Assembly (NCBI GenBank): GCA_044229845.1
Contig: JBGASG010000001.1
Location: 928,001-992,000 of the forward strand
Source of the DNA: Candidatus Obscuribacteraceae bacterium
GTDB lineage: Bacteria; Cyanobacteriota; Vampirovibrionia; Obscuribacterales; Obscuribacteraceae
Reading direction: 5' to 3'
Length of the DNA stretch: 64,000 nt
The first letter of the stretch is position 1; every line of letters starts with the position of its first letter. The notes under the pieces were generated by a model, which ran no database searches, was not told where the DNA came from, and saw only the letters and a program-made list of their open reading frames with translations. Positions 9,206-19,839 of this stretch are shown here, piece by piece. The position numbers and the translations under genes are program-made.

Positions 9206-10488
9206 ATGTCCTTGGGTGAGGATTCTCGCATGCTAGCTAGCCTTACGTTACCAACAAAGGAATTCACTGCGATTCTTGCCATAGCAGGAGCTGCCTTGGC
9301 TTGCGCGATGTGCTGGACTTACCCCCATCGTCTGGCACTTCCAGATTCGTACAGTGCACAGAAAATGTTTCTGCAAGGCAAGGATGCGTACAAGCAGCGC
9401 AAGTTTGCCGAGGCTGAGCGATGCTTTCGGGCGGCGCTTTCCGAACCGCTGTGTGAATTCAATCGGAACGAACAATATGCTCGCATCGCTATTTGGCTCG
9501 GCGTGTGCAACGCCGACCATGGTACGGCTCGTGATTCAGAGTCTCTCTACGTCGAGGCGATTCGGATTAGAAGGCTGATCTACGGCAGGGTTAGCGAACC
9601 GACTGCAAGTGCGTTGGAGTGCCTGGCAAGTTTGTATAAGGATCAAGGACGCTTTGAGGAGGCCGACACGACTTCAGCTGGAAGTATTTCGTATTCGGGA
9701 AACGCTCTACGGAGCCGATTCACCGATGATGCGAGAGTCGCTTAACTCACTGGGACTGCTGCATTTTGAGCACTTCTACTCTCGACGCGCTAGCTAGCCT
9801 CTACGAAGATGAGTACAAGTACGCGGAAGCGGAAGCTATGTTTCGCGAGTCCTTGCGCATGCGCAAACAACTGTTTGGTTGTGATGATTTTGAAACCGCA
9901 AAGTCTCTAAACAACCTGGCGAGCGTGTGCGCGCATCAAGGGAAGTATCAAGAAGCGGAGTCGCTTTTTGTGCTGGCCATTGACGGACAATCCAAAGCCA
10001 TTGGTGCGAAACATCCTGATGTTCTTGCTTTCAAATCCAACTTAGGTCACCTGTATGACCTACAACATCGGTATGCGGATGCGGAAAGGTTATATCGCGA
10101 GGCCTTAACAGGCAGAAGGAAAGTTCTAGGGTCTTGGCACCCTGACACCGCCATCTCATTGAACAATCTTGGTGGGTGTTTCCTGGACCAGGGTCGCTAT
10201 AGAGATGCAGAGCGATTACTGCGTGAGGCGGTGCATCTCAAAACTGACTTATACGGTCCGAACGACCCAGACACTGCGATCTCACTGTGCTTGTTAGCGG
10301 ATACTAAATTCGAGCAAAAGGACTTCGCCGAAGCAGAGAACTTATATTCTCAGGTCGTCAACATATCATCGGTTCGATATGGGCCGGGAGACTTTCGAAC
10401 TCGGGACTATCTGTCCCACTTAGCCCGCTGCTACCGTGCGCAAGGGAAGCTTGCGCTTGCAAAGAAACTCACTCTCGACGATCAATGA
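9206..10488 (+). pseudogene. Kinesin-light-chain-type TPR protein broken by two frameshifts
   Basis: TPR sequence continues across three frames: ...GRFEEAD, then RLQLEVFRIRETLYGADSPMMRESLNSLG (ORF 9609), then TLDALASLYEDE...HPDTAISLNNLG (ORF 9766). Confidence 0.75.
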
Positions 10489-10505
10489 CGTGCAAGAGCT
10501 GATAG

Positions 10506-11822
10506 CTAAATAGTTGATAGGGATACTGAGACGCGGTGGTCGAGCCATGGGAAGGTCTCGGCGGCCTGGCGCTCCAGCTCTTCTTGAAACTGCGGCGCTG
10601 CGATACTGATCAACGCCTTCACGCGTTGAGACATGTTCAACCCACGCAGGTTGACGGTACCGTATTCGGTGACCACCCAGTGCACGTCGAAGCGCGACGT
10701 CACGACGCCGGCGCCTGCCTTCAAGGTCGGCACGATGCGCGATATCTGTCCGCCTTTCGCCGTAGACGGCAACGCGATGACCGACTTGCCGCCCTCGCTG
10801 CGCCACGAGCCGCGCACAAAGTCGACCTGCCCACCGCAACCGCTATACATAGATGTACCGATGGAATCGGCGCACACCTGTCCGGTCAGATCTATCTGCA
10901 AAGCCGAGTTAATCGCGGTCATGCGGTAATTCTTGGCGATATTGAATGGATCGTTGACGAAGTCGACCGGCATAAATGCGACATCGTCGTTGTCGTCGAG
11001 AAAGTCATACAGTCGCCGCGTCCCCATCGAAAAGCTGACGACTGATTTGCCGGGCACGAGTGTTTTGCGGCTGTTGTCGATCACCCCGGCTTCGACCAGA
11101 CTTACCACCCCATCCGAGAACATCTCGCTGTGCACCCCGAGATTTTTCTTCCCCTGCAAAGCCAGAAGCACCGCATTCGGAATTTCTCCAATTCCCATCT
11201 GCAGGGTCGCTCCGTCTTCGACCAGGTCTGCGACGCGGCGCCCGATGGACAGCTCGTCTTCGCCGGGCGGATGATTGGGCAATTCACACAGTTCGTATTC
11301 GGTTTCGACGATGTGATGGATCTGATCTATGTGGATTTTTGTTTGTCCGTGGGTGCGCGGCATGCGCGGGTTGACTTCGGCAATTACAAGGCGCGCGTTT
11401 TTCAGCGCCGCCAGCGTGCAATCAAGGGACAAGCCCAGGGTCAAGTTGCCGTCGGCATCAGGCGGTGAGCAGTGCAATAAGACGACGTCGGCGCGTGCGT
11501 TTCCTGACTCGAACATCCACGCCAGGTCGCTGAAGAATATCGGCACGTAGTGCGCGCGGGCTTCGTTCACCGCCAGGCGGGTGTTGGGACCGATGAACAA
11601 ATTCTGCACCGTGAACACATCTTTAAATTGTGGTGCCGCATATGGTGCATCGCCAAGGGTGATGATCTGGTAAATCGTCATGTCCTTCAAATCACCGGCG
11701 GCAGCCCGCTCGGTGAGCGCCGACACCAGCACGCGCGGGCAGGCGGCGTTCGAATGAATGTACACGGCATCACCGGAGCGCACATGCGACAGCGCTTCAG
11801 CGGCATTGGTGGGTTTCTTCAA
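10506..11822 (-). CDS. Acetyl-CoA hydrolase / 4-hydroxybutyrate CoA-transferase family
   Basis: TLQMGIGEIPNAV, GVHSEMFSDG, GGQVDFVRG and VVTEYG motifs. Confidence 0.92.
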   Translation of the reverse strand: MKKPTNAAEALSHVRSGDAVYIHSNAACPRVLVSALTERAAAGDLKDMTIYQIITLGDAPYAAPQFKDVFTVQNLFIGPNTRLAVNEARAHYVPIFFSDLAWMFESGNARADVVLLHCSPPDADGNLTLGLSLDCTLAALKNARLVIAEVNPRMPRTHGQTKIHIDQIHHIVETEYELCELPNHPPGEDELSIGRRVADLVEDGATLQMGIGEIPNAVLLALQGKKNLGVHSEMFSDGVVSLVEAGVIDNSRKTLVPGKSVVSFSMGTRRLYDFLDDNDDVAFMPVDFVNDPFNIAKNYRMTAINSALQIDLTGQVCADSIGTSMYSGCGGQVDFVRGSWRSEGGKSVIALPSTAKGGQISRIVPTLKAGAGVVTSRFDVHWVVTEYGTVNLRGLNMSQRVKALISIAAPQFQEELERQAAETFPWLDHRVSVSLSTI

Positions 11823-11825
11823 GGC

Positions 11826-12779
11826 CTAGCTCTTTGCCGCCGCGGTCTGTGCAGCAGAGTCGGCGGTTTCTTCTTTGTCGTCGGTGTGCTCTTCCTGAAT
11901 CCAGAAGAGAATCGCCGGGTGGTTCATGTAGCGCACCAGCAAATCAGGCGAATTGCCGAAGCAAGTGCGGCGCACGCTGGAAATTTCCATGACCGGAACC
12001 ACCACCAACGTGTCCGGGTCGGCTTCCGCTTCGGTCTTCCAGTATTCATTTAAGTCGCGCGTCGTCTTCACTTCGTGGGTGCAGCCGGCGATTTCGGGGA
12101 CCAGCTTGGCGTAGTCGCTGAGCACCTTCATGCCTTCCGGTGCCACCACTTCGTCTTCGCCGGCCCCTTCGCGTTCGAGCAGATAGCGGATGCTGGGCTG
12201 AATCTTGAAGGACTTAGCCAACTCGAAGCAGGAGGACAAAAGATCCGACGGCACTTGATTGGAGCCGAGCATGATGCGCATCGAGGTGAACGGTTTGCAG
12301 CGGTCTTGAATCACCAGCAAGGGGCGCGGGCAATAGTGGGTGAGCGATTCGGCGATCGAGCGGCGCGGCAGGCGGCGGCGATCTTCGTCGGGTCCGCGCA
12401 TGCCGGTCGAACGGTGTCCCAACATCACGATGTCGGTGTCCTTGGCGCGCTGGCAGATTTCGCGGATGGTCGTGCCTTCATCGAGGAAGACTTCGCCTTC
12501 GATGTCGTTGTCGTCGGCGAGGGATTTGTAGGCTTCCACCAGGCTTTCGCCGATGGAATAAAGAGAGTTGCGCATGGTTTCGTGGGCGGCGAAGTAGGGA
12601 CCGCTGCCGATGAATCCGGCGATGTCGAAGCCGAGGAAGTCCCAGGCGGCTAGCGAGTCGACCACATGTTGCCCGATAACGCTGAAACTGCTGCGTTTCG
12701 CCATCGTCCAGGCGAGTTCAGCGGCATAACGGGACTGCGCCGAGCCGTCGAGCCCCAGTAGTATTTGTTTCTTCAGCAT
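11826..12779 (-). CDS. Universal stress protein (tandem Usp-like)
   Basis: ILLGLDGSAQSRYAAELA and DIVMLGHR...PRPLLVI; start placed at ATG 12779 after GAGG. Confidence 0.8.
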   Translation of the reverse strand: MLKKQILLGLDGSAQSRYAAELAWTMAKRSSFSVIGQHVVDSLAAWDFLGFDIAGFIGSGPYFAAHETMRNSLYSIGESLVEAYKSLADDNDIEGEVFLDEGTTIREICQRAKDTDIVMLGHRSTGMRGPDEDRRRLPRRSIAESLTHYCPRPLLVIQDRCKPFTSMRIMLGSNQVPSDLLSSCFELAKSFKIQPSIRYLLEREGAGEDEVVAPEGMKVLSDYAKLVPEIAGCTHEVKTTRDLNEYWKTEAEADPDTLVVVPVMEISSVRRTCFGNSPDLLVRYMNHPAILFWIQEEHTDDKEETADSAAQTAAAKS

Positions 12780-13194
12780 CGCTACCTCAAGGAACATGCA
12801 CTCAACAATACGAACGCCCGCAATTTTACCCGGCTGCCCGCGAAATTGCCACGCCGCCACCCCGCCGTGTGAAGGCGAGATGGGCAGCGCTCCGGGCAGC
12901 CGCCCCGAGTGCCTGCGATGATTCGCCGCCGCGATTCAGAAGAACTCAAGTCCAAGTTGCGTAATCAGCAACTTTTTGCGGTCGCCGTGCGCACTTTTCA
13001 CCTTATCACCTCGGATTTAATGAGGAACTGAGCATGGACTGGCTGAAAATGTGCGGATCCGACACATCCACCAATTCGCGGAGTCCACCCGGCGCCGCTG
13101 CCTGTCCAGCAATGAAACGGGGCAGCGCACTGGCGCTACCCCGTCGGTTCAACACACGTTATTACTGCGTTTTTCGCGCGTTCGCGCCTCGCCC

Positions 13195-13848
13195 TTACTT
13201 GCGGCGAGCGGCGTGGCGCAACGTTTTACCGGTCAACTCCGATGCGGAACCCGGGTTGCTCTGAATGTGCGCTTCCAAGAAGTAGAGCGACTTGTCAACG
13301 CCACGAACGATTTCGGTATACAGATCGGATGTGCCGACGTCGTCAAGGTCTTGTGTCTTGTCGATATTTTCACGCGAGCTGGCGCCGAATTGCGACCAGC
13401 GCTCGGCAAGGGCGACCACGAAATCCATGCCTTCAAATATGTTGGTGGGGAATTCGGGCAATTCGGTTGCCTTCGCTGCCATGCGGACGGTTCCCATCGG
13501 CATGCCGCCCAGGGCGGTGACTCGCTCCGCGATCAGGTCGACGTATTCCAGTACTTCGCCTGCCAGTTCATCGAACAGCAGATGCAACTGATAGAAGTCT
13601 TTGCCTTTGACGTTCCAGTGAGCTTGTTTGGTTTGGCTGTGCAGATCAAACGCGTCTGCCAGCGACTGGTTGAGGACAGCGATCACTTGCGTGCGCGTGC
13701 GCTCGGGAATATCAATCATGGTGCGATGCATGACCGGACGGGTGCCGTTCTTGCTCATCATGCTGACGCTGCTTTTGGTGGTAGCGGTCTTGCTGGCGAC
13801 CGCTTTGCGCGCCACAGATTTGGCGGCGGTGGTTTTGGTTTTTTTCAT
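13195..13848 (-). CDS. dps: DNA starvation/stationary-phase protection protein Dps
   Basis: KQAHWNVKG, LHLLFDE and DLIAER ferroxidase motifs; basic N- and C-terminal tails. Confidence 0.93.
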   Translation of the reverse strand: MKKTKTTAAKSVARKAVASKTATTKSSVSMMSKNGTRPVMHRTMIDIPERTRTQVIAVLNQSLADAFDLHSQTKQAHWNVKGKDFYQLHLLFDELAGEVLEYVDLIAERVTALGGMPMGTVRMAAKATELPEFPTNIFEGMDFVVALAERWSQFGASSRENIDKTQDLDDVGTSDLYTEIVRGVDKSLYFLEAHIQSNPGSASELTGKTLRHAARRK

Positions 13849-14010
13849 GGGCCTCTCCTAATGCACAGGCAGGCAAATCTACAAATCATCATCGTCGGTG
13901 TCAAGCGCGGTACGCCTGGCTATGATGCGCTGTAATATGTACACGCACGCGACTGCCCCAGCCATCGGCGTGCGCAATAGATGAACTGACGGCGCTCACG
14001 GAGAATCGAC

Positions 14011-14940
14011 TTGAGAGACATATCCGGAAAAATTTCCACGTTGCGAACGGCGCGTGCGCAGGCGGTATTGAAAGCGTCCGCGCATACGATCAAAATGCTG
14101 CGCGACGGTCAGATTCCCAAGGGCGATCCGCTGCCGGTGGCTAAAGTCGCGGCAGTGCAGGCGGCAAAAAACACCAGCAGCATCATTCCTTATTGCCATC
14201 CTTTGCCGGTCGACTATGTCGGCGTCGAGTTTGACGTGCAAGAGACCGCCATCGTCACGCGTGTGGAAGTGAAAGCGATCTACAAGACCGGGGTCGAAAT
14301 GGAAGCGCTGGCGGCGGCATCAGTAGCGGCGTTGACTCTATACGACATGATGAAGATGCTCGACGAAGATATGGCCATTGAAGGTGTGCGCTTGGTAGAA
14401 AAGCGCGGCGGCAAATCAGACTTTCGCGATGCCGCCGGCGCCGGAGCACAACTGAAGGCTGCCGTACTGGTGATGTCCGACTCCATCGCCGCCGGCAAGA
14501 AACAGGATTCGTCAGGCAAACTCATCTGCGAGCGCTTAAAGCTAGAGGGCATTGATGTAGTCGACTACAAAATCGTGCCCGATGAAGAAACGACGATCGA
14601 GAGCACGCTCACCGATTATGCCGATCAGCAGAAGCTCGATCTGGTTGTCACCACCGGTGGTACCGGCCTCAGCCCCCGCGATCGCACCCCGGAAGCGGTG
14701 TCCAGATTGTTCGATCGTCACGTGCCCGGCATTGCTGAAGCAGCGCGCGCCTACGGGCAAGAGCGCACGCCTTACGCCATGCTTTCCCGCAGCCAGGCGG
14801 GCTTGCGCGGCAAGACGCTGATTATCACCATGCCCGGGTCGAAGAATGGCGCCGCCGAATCGCTGGATGCGCTGTTTCCTGCAGTGCTGCACGCTTTCAA
14901 TATGATGAAAGCCGGCGGACACCACGACTGCCAGTCCTGA
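14011..14940 (+). CDS. moaCB: Bifunctional molybdenum cofactor biosynthesis protein MoaC-MoaB/MogA
   Basis: IPYCHP and TGVEMEAL (MoaC) fused to TTGGTGLSPRDRTPEA (MoaB/MogA); TTG start. Confidence 0.92.
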   Translation: MRDISGKISTLRTARAQAVLKASAHTIKMLRDGQIPKGDPLPVAKVAAVQAAKNTSSIIPYCHPLPVDYVGVEFDVQETAIVTRVEVKAIYKTGVEMEALAAASVAALTLYDMMKMLDEDMAIEGVRLVEKRGGKSDFRDAAGAGAQLKAAVLVMSDSIAAGKKQDSSGKLICERLKLEGIDVVDYKIVPDEETTIESTLTDYADQQKLDLVVTTGGTGLSPRDRTPEAVSRLFDRHVPGIAEAARAYGQERTPYAMLSRSQAGLRGKTLIITMPGSKNGAAESLDALFPAVLHAFNMMKAGGHHDCQS

Positions 14941-15026
14941 ACAACAGGCGAGCACGCGAACAGTCGGCAGTCGGCTGCCAATAGCTCACAAAAGCGTCTC
15001 ACCAAAAAAAGTTTTCTACAGAAGTT

Positions 15027-15054
15027 AAATTCGCATCGAAATTGATGCGAATTT
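15027..15054. terminator. Hairpin between convergent genes, possible bidirectional terminator
   Basis: AAATTCGCATC-GAAATT-GATGCGAATTT, an 11-bp perfect stem. Confidence 0.45.
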
Positions 15055-15136
15055 GATCTCAACTTCATGCCATTGAAAACTAATCGCTTTGTGGAGCGAT
15101 GCTAAGCAGATGTGTTGGCGCGGGGAAAGCGGCGGT

Positions 15137-15499
15137 CTATTCGCGAGTGTTGGTCGAACCGACTTCGTTCCAGAGGGCGTTTTCGTCGTATTCCTCGGTC
15201 TTGAGAGGAACCGATGGGTCGAACCCAGGACCCGGAGCGTTGCTGGTCGCTTCACGGAGCATCTTCGAGTTCATCATGCCAAGATCGGTCTCGTACAGGT
15301 TGTACAGAGGCTCAATCGACACGCTGAGGATCTGAAGAACAATGTTTATCTCATTGCCAATCCGCTCCAGCGCAGCTTTCGCCTGCGGAGTGATGGCATG
15401 AGCATTAATGTCCTCAGTGAGCTCTTTTAATCGGTCGGTTTCGGTCATGAGCCGCGCGAGCAACTGCGGAACCGTTTTTTCGGGATCAGAAAGGTCCAT
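15137..15499 (-). CDS. Hypothetical acidic helical protein
   Basis: ATG preceded by GGAGG; 120-aa ORF filling the gap; no motif recognised. Confidence 0.65.
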   Translation of the reverse strand: MDLSDPEKTVPQLLARLMTETDRLKELTEDINAHAITPQAKAALERIGNEINIVLQILSVSIEPLYNLYETDLGMMNSKMLREATSNAPGPGFDPSVPLKTEEYDENALWNEVGSTNTRE

Positions 15500-15638
15500 G
15501 CTATGTGAATGCCTCCAACACCATTATTATCACCAATTCCGCATGTTTCATAGACATCGATCTCATTAGGTTTGCCACAGGCAAACTACCCTCTGTGCCA
15601 TAATTACAGCCGAAAACGGGCGCCCGACGGAGTTTCTC

Positions 15639-16628
15639 TTGACACTGCTTGATATTCGCAATCTTTCCGTTGTTTTCGATACGGAGGCGGGGGTGGCGAA
15701 AGCCGTCGATAATCTTTCGTTATCTGTTGAAAAAGGTTCTGTGCTCGGGGTTGTCGGCGAGTCTGGTTGCGGTAAATCCGTGACGTCGCTTTCAGTTCTG
15801 CGCCTGATCCCGCCTCCCGGTCGCATGGTCGGTGGACAGGTCCTGCTCAACGGCACCGATCTCGCTCAGTTGCCTGAAGAGAAAATGCGGACGATACGCG
15901 GAAACCAGATTGGATTGGTTCCGCAAGACCCGATGACTTCTCTCAACCCTGTCTACACGGTGGGACAACAGATAATCGAGGCTGTTGAGCTGCACCAGAA
16001 GGTCGACCGCGCTGAGGCTCGCAAACGGGCGATTGAAGTACTGGAGCGCGTGCGCATTCCACAGGCTGCCGGACGCATCGACGACTATCCGCATCAATTC
16101 TCCGGCGGCATGCGACAGCGCGTCATGATTGCCATGGCTCTGTCTTGCCAACCGGAACTTTTGATTGCCGATGAACCGACAACCGCGCTCGACGTCACCG
16201 TGCAGGCGCAGATTCTCGAACTGATGCGCGAAATTCAGCGCGAGCGCGGCATGGCTATTTTGCTGATCACCCACGATCTCGGTGTGGTGGCAGAGATGTG
16301 TGACAACGTCGTCGTCATGTACGCCGGTTCGGCGGTTGAGTATGCAACCGTCAGCGAACTCTTCAATAGACCGAAGCATCCCTATACAGTCGGCTTGCTC
16401 AATTCGATTCCGCGCCCGGGCAGCGATCGACTGGTACCAATCGATGGGCAGCCGCCCAGCTTGATCAACTTGCCCGACGCATGCCGCTTCGCGCCACGTT
16501 GTCCGTTAGTGGAAGACAAATGTTTGCGCGGCGTGCCGGACCTGGAAGAAAAACTTCCCGGCCACTATGCGCGGTGCGTGGTCGTGCCCAGCGAAATGCC
16601 GGCCGCCGCCGGCAGCAAATCATCATGA
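15639..16628 (+). CDS. Oligopeptide/dipeptide ABC transporter ATP-binding protein (OppD/DppD)
   Basis: GESGCGKS Walker [18 protein letters not shown], and the HPYT/CRFAPRC C-terminal domain. Confidence 0.95.
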   Translation: MTLLDIRNLSVVFDTEAGVAKAVDNLSLSVEKGSVLGVVGESGCGKSVTSLSVLRLIPPPGRMVGGQVLLNGTDLAQLPEEKMRTIRGNQIGLVPQDPMTSLNPVYTVGQQIIEAVELHQKVDRAEARKRAIEVLERVRIPQAAGRIDDYPHQFSGGMRQRVMIAMALSCQPELLIADEPTTALDVTVQAQILELMREIQRERGMAILLITHDLGVVAEMCDNVVVMYAGSAVEYATVSELFNRPKHPYTVGLLNSIPRPGSDRLVPIDGQPPSLINLPDACRFAPRCPLVEDKCLRGVPDLEEKLPGHYARCVVVPSEMPAAAGSKSS

Positions 16629-18376
16629 TTCGACAAACTCAAAGAGTATTATCCACTGCTCAATTGCGTGCTCTGGAAGCCGCCTGGATTCAGCTGTGCG
16701 ACCCGTCCGGCTGGGGACTGGTGCTCATGGAGCAAGCCGGCATGCAATCGGCGTACCTGGCGATGGAGATGTGGAAGGAAGGTCCCGGCACCATAGTTGT
16801 GGTTTGCGGACGCGGCAACAACGGCGGTGACGGACTTGTGATCGCGCGCCACTTGCATCGGCTGGGGGCGGGCGTTTCCGTCTTTATGATCGACGGCGGC
16901 AAGAAAGCTAACTCGACTCTCAAAGGCGAGAGTCAGGTGAACGCGACCATTCTCGAATCAATGGGCATGCCGATCGCGCTGGTCGAAGCGGAAGACATGG
17001 AAGAGCTGGAAACCGCCCTCGATGAGGCGTGCCTGGTGGTCGATGCGCTTCTGGGCACCGGTCTGGATCGCGATGTCGAAGGATCTTATGCCGCCGTGAT
17101 CGAGGCGATCAACCGCAGTGCCAAGCCGGTCTTTTCAGTCGATGTGCCGTCCGGAATTAATTCGGACACCGGCGCCGAAATGGGAACCGCCGTGCGCGCC
17201 TGGCGCACCGCTACTTTCGGCTATCTGAAGGCGGGACTGGTGTGTTATCCGGGCGCCGACTTCGCCGGCGAAGTCGAGTTATTGGATATCGGCTTGCCGT
17301 CAGCCGACGAGCTGCCCGCTGAGATGTCTTCTGTGACCGATACCCTGCACCACCCCCGGTGGCTGCTCATGACCGGCGAAACCACCCGCGATTTGTTGCC
17401 GTACCGTCCCCAGGATTCACATAAAGGAACCTTCGGCGAACTGCTCACAGTCGCCGGCAGCGGCGGTATGACGGGAGCAGCGCTCCTGGCGGCGCGCACC
17501 GCCTTGAAGGCGGGCGTCGGATTGAGTCGGTTGTGCGTGCCGCGTTCGGTGATGGGACACCTGCCGCCCGGCGAAGTAATCTACTATGGTGTGGACGAAA
17601 CTAAGACCACGCAAGCGCTCACCCCTGCAGCCTGGAAACAAATAGAAACTCAGCTGCCCCGCGCCTCCGCCGTTTGTTTGGGACCCGGCATTGGTGAGGA
17701 TGCGGAGACGGTGCAGTTCGTGCACGAATTTATCAATAAGATTCAGCTGCCATGCATAATCGATGCCGATGCATTGAATGCGATTGCGCGCGATCCAGAT
17801 AAATTTCCGAAGGACAACGGCGAGAACTTCGTGTTGACTCCGCATCCGAAGGAGTTGTCGCGCTTACTTGATATTGGTGTCGGCGAGATTCAGGCGAAGC
17901 GCCTGCACTACGTGGTGGCGGCAGCGAAAAAATTCGGCTGCACGGTAGTCTTGAAGGGTGCCCGTTCGGTGGTCGCCAATCCCGATGGCGATGTCGCCAT
18001 CATCCCGACCGGCAATTCCGGCATGGCAACCGCCGGTTCCGGCGATGTTCTGTCCGGCGTGATCGGCAGCCTGCTTGCCCAGTCATTGCCAGCCTTCACA
18101 GCCGCCGCGGTAGGCGCCTACATTCACGGTATGGCCGGCGACATTGCCGCCGACCACGTCGGTGAAGACGGACTCGTAGCCGGAGACGTCGCCGATTGCG
18201 TACCCGAAGCTATTAAAGAACTGCGCGGCGAGGAATTCATCCGCTCTGAAATCGAAGAACAGATCATGGGCTCCGCGCCGGCATACAATCTGTTGCTCTC
18301 CTTCTTCCGGGCCGGCGAACACAAACCGATGGTAACCACCCCGCCGCCGAATAAGGGCGCCGGCACCGCCGAGTAA
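16625..18376 (+). CDS. nnr: Bifunctional NAD(P)H-hydrate epimerase/dehydratase
   Basis: GRGNNGGDG, DVPSG, DSHKG, DADAL, TPHPKE and AGSGDVL motifs; ATGA overlap with the preceding stop. Confidence 0.93.
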   Translation: MIRQTQRVLSTAQLRALEAAWIQLCDPSGWGLVLMEQAGMQSAYLAMEMWKEGPGTIVVVCGRGNNGGDGLVIARHLHRLGAGVSVFMIDGGKKANSTLKGESQVNATILESMGMPIALVEAEDMEELETALDEACLVVDALLGTGLDRDVEGSYAAVIEAINRSAKPVFSVDVPSGINSDTGAEMGTAVRAWRTATFGYLKAGLVCYPGADFAGEVELLDIGLPSADELPAEMSSVTDTLHHPRWLLMTGETTRDLLPYRPQDSHKGTFGELLTVAGSGGMTGAALLAARTALKAGVGLSRLCVPRSVMGHLPPGEVIYYGVDETKTTQALTPAAWKQIETQLPRASAVCLGPGIGEDAETVQFVHEFINKIQLPCIIDADALNAIARDPDKFPKDNGENFVLTPHPKELSRLLDIGVGEIQAKRLHYVVAAAKKFGCTVVLKGARSVVANPDGDVAIIPTGNSGMATAGSGDVLSGVIGSLLAQSLPAFTAAAVGAYIHGMAGDIAADHVGEDGLVAGDVADCVPEAIKELRGEEFIRSEIEEQIMGSAPAYNLLLSFFRAGEHKPMVTTPPPNKGAGTAE

Positions 18377-19230
18377 TAAGTGACCCCTCGCCCGAAAAAG
18401 GTGCGACCGGGTGCCCCTATTTTTCCCTTACTCCAAATCAACACTTCTGTTTAAAAGCTCGATCGTTTCGGCGCCCGTGGGTCCTTTAAACACTTCTGTT
18501 GATTTGCCCTAAGGGCCGATCAGGGACGCACCCGCACAATCGAAGCCAAAACCAGCAACGATCGAAACCCCAAAAAGGAGGAAGACTGCGGAGGTTGACA
18601 CACCGCAGTCTTCCGTACAGCCAGGGGTTGGGACTGACTGTACCCGCCGCAAAATTATGAGCACCGCCAACGGTGCTTCAGGGGTTTTTTCCGCCGCCAA
18701 GCGGGATGTTCCACTGCCAAACGCCAAACCAAGGATGAGGTTTGTTCGCAAAGCCTGATTGGTGATAGTTACCTCAGACTACTAACTTCTATCCGCCACC
18801 GAGAAATTTTGGACAGTTCATGCCAAAAAAGAATGCAAGCGCAGGAGCCGTCCATCTCCCGCGCCTGCCGAGACCGCTCCCCACGGTCTAAACCTACGCC
18901 TTTCAGTCAGCATCTTCGTGCTGCTGTTTGTTGCTGACAAAACTTGGTTGCGTTTCTATCTGAAGGTGAGCACCTCTGTTGGGACGCTGCTCGATTCCTT
19001 CCTCATGTATCCGTTCGTAGACTTATTGCTTGCGCTGACGGCAAACAAATGATCTATCCGAAGGTGGAATTACATCGCTTTTCGCAAGACAGGTCGGGGA
19101 ACGAGACTGTCCACTAATAATGCAATAACGAATACGGGCACGAAATGGTCAAACGCGTCCCACCCGGTACGCAATAACGCACCGCTAGCTGCTGCGGTGT
19201 GGGCGCCGGTCGCCTGCGGCTGGTCTCGGG

Positions 19231-19830
19231 CTACAGGGCTTTCTGAAATTGTATGAGAGCGTAACCAATCATCGCAGCGGCCACAATGACGGGCGGCCAT
19301 GGCAATACGAACAGCCCGGCGAACAAGACCCAGAAACGCAAAGTCGTTGTTTTGAGCATCAGCAGCGATCCAAATATCGAAGTGATAAGCAAACCAACCA
19401 GCCCGCACGACAACTGCAAATTGCCGGTGCCCGAGTAGAGAATTTTCAGCTGCGGCGGTACAAGCGTCATCACCACCGCTAAAACACAGATTGGCAGCAG
19501 GGACACAAGCACTGTCTTTGCCTTGCCGGGTCGGTGATCTGCGCCGCCGACAATTGCCGCCACGCACAGGTAGACTAGGGCGATTGCCAGTGCCCCCATT
19601 CCAGCCACAATCGACATCAAGCCCAACAGTGCAATTGGTCTGCCGAAAAGTTCGTTCGCGAAAGTGGCTATCAGAATGACCAGTCCCAGGATATAGCTCA
19701 ACAAGCCGTGCAGACAAAATGAATGTGCAAAGGAAACCGGCTTCGAGTTGCTTTTCTGCACTGCGTCGGCGTCCTCACCTTCGACCAGTTCAGGCGTCTT
19801 TTGTTTCTCTTTGAACTCGTCGGAGACCAT
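19231..19830 (-). CDS. Hypothetical multi-pass membrane protein
   Basis: About 5 hydrophobic segments; last gene of the ldcA operon. Confidence 0.7.
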   Translation of the reverse strand: MVSDEFKEKQKTPELVEGEDADAVQKSNSKPVSFAHSFCLHGLLSYILGLVILIATFANELFGRPIALLGLMSIVAGMGALAIALVYLCVAAIVGGADHRPGKAKTVLVSLLPICVLAVVMTLVPPQLKILYSGTGNLQLSCGLVGLLITSIFGSLLMLKTTTLRFWVLFAGLFVLPWPPVIVAAAMIGYALIQFQKAL

Positions 19831-19839
19831 CGGATGCGA

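Noticed and set aside
14011..14940. MoaC-MoaB fusion and the DUF1800/DUF1501 pair as novelties
   Set aside because: Both are well-known, widespread arrangements.
18420..19230. 80-aa ORF (18509..18751), 215-aa ORF (19070..19717) and a hydrophobic open stretch near 18890-19053
   Set aside because: No recognisable family. The 215-aa ORF is a shadow frame of the membrane gene. The region may be a decayed membrane gene, but the sequence alone cannot support a call.
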